DNA of 64,000 bases from a virus (lineage: Duplodnaviria > Caudoviricetes), in IMG/VR virus record IMGVR_UViG_3300025674_000014; one strand, 5' to 3'. A model generated the notes under the pieces. The model saw nothing but the letters and a program-made list of their open reading frames with translations. It was not told where the DNA came from and did not search any database. A program made the translations under genes and the position numbers. Shown here one piece after another: positions 18,370 through 27,249 of the stretch (positions are counted from its first letter, which is position 1; each line of letters starts with the position of its first letter).

Positions 18370-21300
18370 CTTTTTCCCAAACTATTTTGTTAAGTTTTGT
18401 ATTAGCAGGTAAAACTTTATAAATGCTTGAAACTATTTCTTCACTAATATCATCTTGTAAAGGTTTATCTGTTATACCTGTATCTTGAATAGATATATTT
18501 ACCAGGTTACTCTTTCTACCAGGTAATTTATTTTTGAAAAATCTGTCAATTGTTTCAACATAATTCCTTTTACCTGTTGGTATTTCAAAATGTAAGTCTT
18601 GTATTTTATATTTACTTCTCACTATGTTTGCTATATCGTATAGATATAACGGTGTGTTATACATATAAAAATCTTTTAGCTTAAAGCTACCGTAGTTGTA
18701 ATAATTTACATCGTTAAGATTATCATTAAGTTTATTATTACCATAACTTGCTTCTGTACCAATATAAATTGAATTATCAAAGATAGTACCAAAACTATAT
18801 TTACCAGATTCAAAAGCATACTTATCTACTGATTTGCCATCAATATAAAATTGAAACAAACCATTAGTTGTATCAAATGTTACTGTAAAATTATGATAAC
18901 CTGGTGAAAGATTTGATAATGGGTAAGTTAAAGTTGCAGTTTCAAAAGTCTGAACATCGTAAATATTAGGTAACTTTATTTTACAGGTTATATTTTCACC
19001 ATTATCAAAATTATTTCTTAGATAATCATAATTATTAATGTTATAATTTTTTAAGAACCCGGTCTCAATATTAGATGTTATACCGGTTAAAGTATTTGAA
19101 CTATTTTCTAAACTATCATCTACTCTAGAATAAACTAATTTACCATCTGTATTATTAGAGCTAAGACTTATAATAGATAAAAGATTGTTAATTTTCTCTT
19201 TACCGTAAAATTCATCAATAATATCGATACCTTTACCTACACTATTTTCAAATCCAGTTACTGAAGATAACATTACAATTTTAGATCCACCGAATCCAAT
19301 TTGATTATCTAATTTATCTATAACTGCAATTTTGTTATTATCGTAAATGCAATATAATGAACCATCTTCAATAAAGACGTAATCGTTTATATCAGCATCA
19401 ATCTTTATACCTATGTTTGTTGTTGCTATATCATAATAGAATAAATTGTTAGAGTTAATATAGTATATTTCATTGTTGTAAATTTTAGGATTATAACCAG
19501 ATAGTAAAAATACCGAACTATCTTTTACAACAATACTTTGAGGATCACCACCACTTATATCGACAATTTTATAATTTAAATTATTATTTTGTTCATATGT
19601 AAGTGTGTTACAATCAACTCTATACCAATCATTGTTAATTAATACGAATGAAAAATTACCATAACTATAAAAGCTTTTATCACTGCTTGTTTTTAAGAAT
19701 GGTAAAAATCTTTTATCTAATGTAGTACCAATATAGCTATATTTTGTAACATAACCTTCACTATCAAAGACTAAAAATATACTATTAGGTTCAAATCTTT
19801 GTACGCTAGTTATATTATTTTCAGTTGTAATTGTTCTTATAACTGACCCTTGAGTGTTAAAAAGATAAACTTTATTACCTTCAAAAGCTACTGAATGGGG
19901 TGTTATTTTTCTATAATTAAAAATCCCGAACCCTTTATTAGTATAATTACCAATTATTTGGGATCCGAAAGGTAAGTTCCAGTTTTCATTACTAATATCA
20001 ACGGATAAACTAAAATTATCAAAAGGCGAAACAGAATCTAATGGTTCTGATAATACTTTAGCAAAATAATTACTATCAAAAATTATCTCATTTTCATATA
20101 CTTTTCTATCATATGTAATTGTAAAATAATAATCAATATTGTTAACAATAAGATTTGATGATAATGAATCAACAAATAATTTACTATTTTCATTACCTAC
20201 ATGATGATAAGCATATAACGCCCCTTTTTCAAAAGTTAAATTACTCGTAACATCATATAAATCGTAAACATTATTATTGTTATTTGTAATTTGAGATAAA
20301 CTTTCAAAATCAGTTTGAAGTAAAACATTATAAGGATTTACACCAACTAAAGCATCTATATAACTTAACTTTGATGGGTTATAATATCTATCTAACCAAA
20401 CACCTTCATCATTAATATCATTTCCACCAGATAACCAAGAGCAAAGATAAGCATTAGTTTGTGTATCTGAAACCCCTCCAAAAGGTGAGCTATATTTGTA
20501 ATTGTTAAGCTTCTTAAAAATTTTATCAGAGTAGTACGGGTTATCGCTTGAAGTAGCTCCAGATATAGCTAAACTACTATCATTAATATTAAGTTTTTCA
20601 TACGGATATATATTATATGGCATATGAAAATAAGTTAATGCATCACTTTTAAAAGTTTTAGTTAAAGTGTAACTACTATATCCTAAACCAATATTTGAAT
20701 TACCTTTTTCTTGTTTTACACCGGTAAATAAATTTTCGTAATATCTATGTTTAAAAGAAGGCTGATTTAAAAATACACCTCCTTGTGATTGGGTGTTTTC
20801 TACTGTCTTTTGATTTTTTAAGTTAAGTATGTTTAAATTTAAATTTCTATTCAAATATGGGTCTATAGAATAATACTCATTATTGAAAAGATAATTAGTA
20901 TCAAAATCATATGTACTTTTTTCTTCATCAACAATAATTTTAGTATTATCTAAACTTTGTTTATATGTATAATTAGAAGTAGAAATTATATCGTTTAAAG
21001 TAGATGTGTTAACTCTTAATTTAAACAATTCAAAATTCTTAAATGGTTGTACTCTATTATTTGAAGGAGGTAGTTTAAATGATAGAGAGTTGGTTTCTTG
21101 AGAAACATATAAGTATTGAGTTTTATCGTAAATCTTTTTACTGAAAGAAATTACGTTATTATTTCTATCATAAACATATTGAAAGGTATTGATATCATTA
21201 TTACCAATAGCATCATAACCAGTTAACATTATAATTTCAGAGTTAACATAATTGTATGATAAGTATCTTACTAAATTACCTTCTGTATGTTTAATTTTAC

Positions 21301-21694
21301 AATTAAGATTATCTATAAAAAATATTTCAAAGAATGATTTGTTATCTGAATAGTCTGCAAAGGTTAATTGAGTTAATGGATTTTTACCTGCAGGAATTGC
21401 AGATAAATACATGCTAGTTGATTCAGATATAATATAGGATGTAAAGGTATAATTTTCTGGTACATCTAATATATCAACTGATAAGAAGTCATTGTAATTG
21501 AAATCATCAGATAGAAAGAAAGAGGAATAATTGTTTATCGTAGTATCTTTTGTACCAGATAAACAATTATCCAATGTTAAATCAAACCCATGATAGCTAT
21601 TACGATTAGTGTTTTTAAAACTAACGTTGTTGTCTAACTCATAAGTTGCACTTAAACTTGCAAATGTGGAACTATTAAGTACCTTTACTTCCAT
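18362..21694 (-). CDS. large virion structural protein with C-terminal LamG-like domain (possible baseplate wedge)
   Basis: 1110 aa, N/S/Y-rich; YHNFTVTFD...FYIDGK...IYIGT...LKDFYMYN LamG-like segment; ends KVLPANTKLNKIVW. Confidence 0.55.
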   Translation of the reverse strand: MEVKVLNSSTFASLSATYELDNNVSFKNTNRNSYHGFDLTLDNCLSGTKDTTINNYSSFFLSDDFNYNDFLSVDILDVPENYTFTSYIISESTSMYLSAIPAGKNPLTQLTFADYSDNKSFFEIFFIDNLNCKIKHTEGNLVRYLSYNYVNSEIIMLTGYDAIGNNDINTFQYVYDRNNNVISFSKKIYDKTQYLYVSQETNSLSFKLPPSNNRVQPFKNFELFKLRVNTSTLNDIISTSNYTYKQSLDNTKIIVDEEKSTYDFDTNYLFNNEYYSIDPYLNRNLNLNILNLKNQKTVENTQSQGGVFLNQPSFKHRYYENLFTGVKQEKGNSNIGLGYSSYTLTKTFKSDALTYFHMPYNIYPYEKLNINDSSLAISGATSSDNPYYSDKIFKKLNNYKYSSPFGGVSDTQTNAYLCSWLSGGNDINDEGVWLDRYYNPSKLSYIDALVGVNPYNVLLQTDFESLSQITNNNNNVYDLYDVTSNLTFEKGALYAYHHVGNENSKLFVDSLSSNLIVNNIDYYFTITYDRKVYENEIIFDSNYFAKVLSEPLDSVSPFDNFSLSVDISNENWNLPFGSQIIGNYTNKGFGIFNYRKITPHSVAFEGNKVYLFNTQGSVIRTITTENNITSVQRFEPNSIFLVFDSEGYVTKYSYIGTTLDKRFLPFLKTSSDKSFYSYGNFSFVLINNDWYRVDCNTLTYEQNNNLNYKIVDISGGDPQSIVVKDSSVFLLSGYNPKIYNNEIYYINSNNLFYYDIATTNIGIKIDADINDYVFIEDGSLYCIYDNNKIAVIDKLDNQIGFGGSKIVMLSSVTGFENSVGKGIDIIDEFYGKEKINNLLSIISLSSNNTDGKLVYSRVDDSLENSSNTLTGITSNIETGFLKNYNINNYDYLRNNFDNGENITCKIKLPNIYDVQTFETATLTYPLSNLSPGYHNFTVTFDTTNGLFQFYIDGKSVDKYAFESGKYSFGTIFDNSIYIGTEASYGNNKLNDNLNDVNYYNYGSFKLKDFYMYNTPLYLYDIANIVRSKYKIQDLHFEIPTGKRNYVETIDRFFKNKLPGRKSNLVNISIQDTGITDKPLQDDISEEIVSSIYKVLPANTKLNKIVWEKDD

Positions 21695-21700
21695 TTAAAA

Positions 21701-21706
21701 TATTTA
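21701..21706 (-). promoter_or_regulatory. TAAATA late-promoter motif
   Basis: Ends 6 nt before the ATG at 21694. Confidence 0.5.
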
Positions 21707-21721
21707 ATACAGAAGCATCAT

Positions 21722-24325
21722 TTAGTTTTCTCTTCTATCTTCAGCTTTGTAATATTCAAACCTTTCATGATAGCAAGGAGTTGCTAATAGAATTGCAGGT
21801 TTAATATGTCCCTTAACTGTTTGCTGATAAATGTATGACATCCAAGTTTGTTCAAACGGTGCTGCCCATTTCTCTTCAAGGAACATCTTCTTATTACCTT
21901 CTTTTGAAACTAACTGAGGCCAGTTACAATAGAATACCTCTCCATCAATGTAAGGTAAACCGTCCATATTGTAAATATGATTGTATTTAACTAATGGAGC
22001 GTTAGGATCTAAACCGTTAGCCGGTAAATATTTCTTTTCTGGCCATACTTGCTCTCTCAGTTCTTGAGGTACATTATACCAAGACCATTGAGTACGATTA
22101 TCTCCAAAGAATTCAGTAAAGCAGAATTTAAGCAAATCAAATCCATGCTTTTCCATAATCTTGTGAGTCTTATCAAACAAGTTAGGTATATATCTTCTAA
22201 AACCACTTTCACAATAACCAACTTCTTTATCGTGAATATACATATCATCTTCAAGAAAGATATAATAATCACCGTCTGTCTTGTCAAAGTGTTCGGCTAC
22301 CCACTGTCTACCTCCGCAAATACCGATATTATCTCGTTTATGCTCTGTAAAATTATAAAGATCAAAAATAGCTTCATAATCAGCATCAGTAGATCTATCA
22401 GTCGAATTATTCAATACAACTTTTTCACATTTCTCAAACCATTTATCAGTAGTTGACCAATTTTCACAAAGTCTTAAGAATTGAGCAGGTGAATTATAAG
22501 TGATCACGTAAAGATATGTCTTAAGATCTTCAATAGGTCTAGTTTTTCTCGTCGTGATTAACTCAACGGTATCATTTTTTAGATGCTCAAAGAAACATTC
22601 AAACAGACCGTCATCTCTGATCATGGTTCTGTCTACTAAATCTTCATGTTTGTAAGTCAAAATAGTGAATACACTCTCTTCTGTACCCATTTGACCTTCA
22701 TCTAATGAATTTTTTAAGTAATCGTAGTAAAGACTATTAACTTTTGGTATATAATCCTTATGACCACCAAATACACCTGCTCTTGCAACGCGGGTTGTCT
22801 TATCTACATTACAATATGTGCGTAATCTTTCATGATCAAAGCCATGAATTTCATAATTTTCGTACGGAAAACATACGAATAAAAATTTCTGCAAGTAATG
22901 ATGAATTTTATTAATAACTTTATCGTGAGTAAAGTACCCTTGATGAACTGTACTAGTAATACCACCATCAACCCATAAGAAATAATCGGTATTAAATGGA
23001 TTTGAAATAGCAGCATCATTGAGTAAAAACATCTTACTCATTACCATTGGATTATACAGTTCTAACCCAGCCTGAGTACTCTCTGCGAGCCAGGATGCTT
23101 TGTTATACCAGTCTGGGTTAGAACGAATCTCTTGTACTTTGTCGTAGAATTCAAACCAAGTTTTAAACTCCTCAGCTTCTTTAATAATAACACTAGTGTT
23201 ATCCCTACTTCTACGCTCCCATACGAAATCTTCATGTGCTTTTCCGATAAAAATAATCATCGGAGCATCAGTTTTTAATAGTTCATCAAATTTATCTAGA
23301 TAATGTTGGAATGGTCTATTAAACCCTCCCTCCATTTCTCCACGTTTAAGGTCCCAAATACCAGTCACTATAGTCGTTTTAGAAGGTCCTTCGTTAGATA
23401 TTGTTCTCTTTGGTTCTTCTTTGTCTTCTACTATAGTTCCATCTTGGAAATAATCACCTTCTTCAACGTTTTCAGGTACATCTATAAAGTTACCATCGGC
23501 ATCGTTTCTAAAACCATTACCTTCAACGCAAAGGCCAAGTTTTTCAACCTCAACCCAACGTCTATTTGTCTTAAATTTCTCAATCTCACTACTATGGAAA
23601 GCCATAATATCACAACCTTCCTGATTAGTAAGAATGTAACCTGCAGCAATTAACCTATCAAATAGTTTAACTAACTTATCTTCTTCATTATTGAATAACT
23701 CAAACTTAATTACTTTAGGTAAGTATTTTTCTAAAGTAAATCCTAAAAACACTTCATAATCAAAACCTTCTGTATCAACTGTACAGAAATCAATCTTTTC
23801 AATACCGTGTTTTTCTAATAGTGAATCAGCAGTAACTACATCTACTTCAATAAGATCACCGTGTTCTTCAAGTAATGCTTTAGTTTCAGCATCTGTTTCA
23901 AAGCCATTTTTAGGTGGTATAAAAGAACCCATACCTACAATAGCTTCATGTAAACCATCTGATTCAATCTTACTCCATGGAATGTAACACATTAGCTCTT
24001 TTCGTTCAGTATCTGAAACAGCTACATTCTCCGTAATACAACCTTCTGGTAATTCAGTGGTTACATACTTTGTAAGTGCTTTAAATGCATCAGGTATTGG
24101 TTCAACGAACATACCTCTCCATTTATATGTTACCATATATGCAGAAATAGTATCATGAAAAGTACCATCACAAGAACCAATCGATAGATTGAACATAGGG
24201 TCGCCTTTTCGACCATAGTGATGCAAAATTATATCATAAATTCTCTCGACTTGCCAGGTGTTGAATTTTGTTGAAATTCTACCTTCATAGTCATCCCCTA
24301 CTATATGATTGTGAATATTACTCAT
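21722..24325 (-). CDS. three-domain glycan-processing protein: FkbM methyltransferase + HtrL/YibB (WlaTC)-like + GT-A-like domain
   Basis: N-terminus IGSCDG...FVEP...IDFCTVDTEGFDYEV (FkbM); middle TTIVTGIWDL...YLDKFDELL...MSKMFLL...FLWVDGGI...GTEES (HtrL-like); C-terminus NIGICGGRQWVAEHF...YYIFLEDD (GT-A-like). Confidence 0.75.
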   Translation of the reverse strand: MSNIHNHIVGDDYEGRISTKFNTWQVERIYDIILHHYGRKGDPMFNLSIGSCDGTFHDTISAYMVTYKWRGMFVEPIPDAFKALTKYVTTELPEGCITENVAVSDTERKELMCYIPWSKIESDGLHEAIVGMGSFIPPKNGFETDAETKALLEEHGDLIEVDVVTADSLLEKHGIEKIDFCTVDTEGFDYEVFLGFTLEKYLPKVIKFELFNNEEDKLVKLFDRLIAAGYILTNQEGCDIMAFHSSEIEKFKTNRRWVEVEKLGLCVEGNGFRNDADGNFIDVPENVEEGDYFQDGTIVEDKEEPKRTISNEGPSKTTIVTGIWDLKRGEMEGGFNRPFQHYLDKFDELLKTDAPMIIFIGKAHEDFVWERRSRDNTSVIIKEAEEFKTWFEFYDKVQEIRSNPDWYNKASWLAESTQAGLELYNPMVMSKMFLLNDAAISNPFNTDYFLWVDGGITSTVHQGYFTHDKVINKIHHYLQKFLFVCFPYENYEIHGFDHERLRTYCNVDKTTRVARAGVFGGHKDYIPKVNSLYYDYLKNSLDEGQMGTEESVFTILTYKHEDLVDRTMIRDDGLFECFFEHLKNDTVELITTRKTRPIEDLKTYLYVITYNSPAQFLRLCENWSTTDKWFEKCEKVVLNNSTDRSTDADYEAIFDLYNFTEHKRDNIGICGGRQWVAEHFDKTDGDYYIFLEDDMYIHDKEVGYCESGFRRYIPNLFDKTHKIMEKHGFDLLKFCFTEFFGDNRTQWSWYNVPQELREQVWPEKKYLPANGLDPNAPLVKYNHIYNMDGLPYIDGEVFYCNWPQLVSKEGNKKMFLEEKWAAPFEQTWMSYIYQQTVKGHIKPAILLATPCYHERFEYYKAEDRREN

Positions 24326-25670
24326 TATAAATTCCGTTCGTTATTTCATGTTTTGAGTGAGGTAAGTGGATAGGGTGTGGACCAATTCTATCTAACCAAC
24401 CTTTGCTAGCGCTGTGAGGTAACACAGCCCATGATTTAGGTTCTTTTTCACTGCAGAACTTCAAAAAGAAACTTGCAGCATCTTTGGCACATTCTTCATC
24501 AATACGCCATCTACCTAAGTCTTCTCTAAAAATTTCTTCACCATCTGCATCATGAGCTGTACAACACCAGAAATCACAATCAGCATGATCAGGTGTTGTG
24601 ATATCTGCATTAGCTATCCAAATATCTACACACCAGTTCCTACCAAATGCATTCTCCCAATCTTCTTTAGATGCAAATATTTCTGGATTATCTTTATAAT
24701 TAGGTGTTGGTGGCTCGTTTAACTGAGGCCAAGTATACTCCATAACACCTCTTCTATCGAATTTGATACCTGTATAACATTCAAACTCTTCTAAAGTACG
24801 TTCAGTACCGAAACCATACTTACCAAAGTCAAATGTTTGTTCTGTTTCATCCATTCCAAATAAAGTTCTGTTTCTGAAATGACACGCATTATTAACAGAT
24901 GACCAACCATAACTACTACCTGAATCTACATCATGGTCATCCCAATGTTTATCTCTTCCCTCTCTAGTATATTCATGCCAAGCAATAAGCTTATGAGGGT
25001 GAAATAGATCATAACCATGGGTAAATGCTCTTGCTGCAATGCTAATCTCTTCTCCATGAAAATAATAATCAGGATCGTGAGGTATCTCAGTACAAAACTG
25101 ACCTAAGGTAAAACAAAAATGAGCAGAATAAAATCTGGATCTCATTGGTTCGGTTCTAACTCTATAATTAGGCATTGTAGCTGGTATAAAGAAAATAGCA
25201 CCTTCTGGAATAAATCTATCAAATTCCATAAACCAAGGATCGTTTTCTCTACCATCGGGGTCATTATGAGGTTTATATGAAGGTAAATATGCAGTAAGTA
25301 AAGGTTTCTTATGACCTTTCTTTTGTAATTGTTTTACCATATCAATGCACAAGGTATCCCAACCTTCTGCAAACCTGTGATGTGAATCTAGCTGAAGGGT
25401 ATATGTTTCGCCTTTATATTCATTCTGAACAATATTTCTAGCCCAACATACACCTCTGGCTTCTTTCCAATCTACATCGATAATTCTAAATCGTGGGTCG
25501 TTTTCAAACTCTGGAATTTCATCAAACGTATCACCTGGCTTAAATTGTCTACAAATACCAAATCTTAAATTCTCTGGTTTATTTGCATTATTAATACAGT
25601 CGTGTAACGTTTTAGGTAATTCTGGGTCTCTATACGAAGCAATTTGTATAAAAATAGTTTCTTCTTTCAT
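24318..25670 (-). CDS. GT60-like UDP-GlcNAc:polypeptide N-acetylglucosaminyltransferase (GlcNAc family)
   Basis: IFIQIASYRDPEL, RGVCWAR, QLDSHHRF (DSH metal motif), LLTAYLPSY, FYSAHFCF, YYFHGEEISIAARAFTHGYDLFHP. Confidence 0.85.
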   Translation of the reverse strand: MKEETIFIQIASYRDPELPKTLHDCINNANKPENLRFGICRQFKPGDTFDEIPEFENDPRFRIIDVDWKEARGVCWARNIVQNEYKGETYTLQLDSHHRFAEGWDTLCIDMVKQLQKKGHKKPLLTAYLPSYKPHNDPDGRENDPWFMEFDRFIPEGAIFFIPATMPNYRVRTEPMRSRFYSAHFCFTLGQFCTEIPHDPDYYFHGEEISIAARAFTHGYDLFHPHKLIAWHEYTREGRDKHWDDHDVDSGSSYGWSSVNNACHFRNRTLFGMDETEQTFDFGKYGFGTERTLEEFECYTGIKFDRRGVMEYTWPQLNEPPTPNYKDNPEIFASKEDWENAFGRNWCVDIWIANADITTPDHADCDFWCCTAHDADGEEIFREDLGRWRIDEECAKDAASFFLKFCSEKEPKSWAVLPHSASKGWLDRIGPHPIHLPHSKHEITNGIYNE

Positions 25671-25688
25671 AGCATCCTGTTATTATGT

Positions 25689-27215
25689 TTACTTTGGATC
25701 AACAATATCTTTAGTAATCTTATCTAACCAACCATTATTATGGGTGTAAGGTATTACTGTATATGATGCAGGTGTTTCAGGGCATGTCAATGACATAGGA
25801 AATCTAGCTGCATATGGATCTTGTCTCTCGTCGTAAATTTCTTGAATCTTACCAATGTCGTAATCTTCTCTCTTTAGCTCCTTACCTTCTGCATCATGCA
25901 CACCTACATACCAAAACTCAGTATCTTCATAAGTCTCAGGTAACTCATCCCAAGGGACAAAGAAGTCTATACACCAGTTCTTACACCATTCTGTTTGATC
26001 ATGAGGTGTAATATTTTCATAACTAGGGTTTTTATAATCTCTACAATCAGGAGAAATAGCTCTTAGTTTAAAATTAATACCAGCGTACTCTTCATATTGT
26101 TCTACTGTTCTAACTTTACCAAACCCATATTCATCCCCGAAGTTAATTTGATTAGGATCTTCACCATCCATACCAAACAGAATACGGTTACGCTTATGAC
26201 ATTGATCATTTACTTCATACCAGTCATATTCTCTACCGCTTGATCTATTATTATCATCCCAATGGTGAGGTCTACCTTTTCTTGTATATTCATGATATGC
26301 AATAATCTTATGAGGATGGAATAAATCATACCCGTGAGTAAAAGCTCTTACAGCAATACTAATCTCTTCACCGTGGAAGTAATAATTAGGGTCGTGAGTT
26401 ACTTCTTTACACATCTTACCAGATGCAAAAGCAAAGTGAGCTGAATAAAATCTACTTGGAATAGGTTCTCTTTGTTCGTCTCTTTCCATTGACGTGGGTA
26501 AAAAGAACATTGCACCTTCTGGAATGAATCTATCGATAATCATCTTCCAAGGATCTACTTCAAAACCATTAGCAAGCGTACGTTCACCTGTACCGTCTTT
26601 AAATTCTAACCAAGGTTTATAGCTGGTTATGTAACCGGTAAATAGTGGTTTTTCGTGACCTTTATCTTGCATGTAATAATACATGCTTTTCATTTCTGAA
26701 TCCCAGTGATCTACAAATCTATGATGTGAATCAATTGCTAAAGTAAATTCATCTTCACACCATAAGTGTTGTAATGAATGTCTAGCCCAGCATGTACCGT
26801 GACCTCTTCTAGCATCTACTTTAATTACTTGAAATCTATCATCATTTTGCATGAATTCGAACATGTCCTTATCATATTCATCATCTGGGTGCCATTGCCA
26901 GCAGATACCAAATCGTAAATTTTCAGGGTTATCAGCCCTTTTAATCATATCTTTAATAGTTGGAATGAGTTCAGGGTCTCTATATGCAGCAATCTGAACA
27001 AAAATACGTTGATTACCTTTTCTATTTGGATCTACACTTTCATGGTAATATGTACCTACTTTATCCCAGGATTCATTTGTTTGTTGTTTACCTGGGGTGC
27101 TAATTTGTAATGAAGGGGTATCTTGTTGTGAATGTTGTACTTCTACAACTTTTTCACTACTAGTACTTTTTACAGACTTTAATCTATTTTTCCTAACAAT
27201 CTTAATACCTGGCAT
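25689..27215 (-). CDS. second GT60-like polypeptide GlcNAc-transferase paralog
   Basis: IFVQIAAYRDPEL, HGTCWAR, AIDSHHRF, FYSAHFAF, YYFHGEEISIAVRAFTHGYDLFHP; about 68-aa N-terminal extension. Confidence 0.85.
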   Translation of the reverse strand: MPGIKIVRKNRLKSVKSTSSEKVVEVQHSQQDTPSLQISTPGKQQTNESWDKVGTYYHESVDPNRKGNQRIFVQIAAYRDPELIPTIKDMIKRADNPENLRFGICWQWHPDDEYDKDMFEFMQNDDRFQVIKVDARRGHGTCWARHSLQHLWCEDEFTLAIDSHHRFVDHWDSEMKSMYYYMQDKGHEKPLFTGYITSYKPWLEFKDGTGERTLANGFEVDPWKMIIDRFIPEGAMFFLPTSMERDEQREPIPSRFYSAHFAFASGKMCKEVTHDPNYYFHGEEISIAVRAFTHGYDLFHPHKIIAYHEYTRKGRPHHWDDNNRSSGREYDWYEVNDQCHKRNRILFGMDGEDPNQINFGDEYGFGKVRTVEQYEEYAGINFKLRAISPDCRDYKNPSYENITPHDQTEWCKNWCIDFFVPWDELPETYEDTEFWYVGVHDAEGKELKREDYDIGKIQEIYDERQDPYAARFPMSLTCPETPASYTVIPYTHNNGWLDKITKDIVDPK

Positions 27216-27236
27216 ATTTTATTTTATGCCAGGTAT
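27205..27236 (-). promoter_or_regulatory. 12-bp hairpin enclosing the start codon of the GT60 gene
   Basis: Perfect inverted repeat ATACCTGGCATA-(AAATAAAA)-TATGCCAGGTAT; the ATG at 27215-27213 lies in the 3' arm; no U-tract follows. Confidence 0.55.
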
Positions 27237-27249
27237 CGTTGATTTCAAC

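Noticed and set aside
3603-23653. Short antisense or overlapping ORFs in the track (e.g. 4575-4919, 9563-10018, 9732-10022, 22049-22456)
   Set aside because: They lie opposite or inside well-supported genes and show no motifs or start context.
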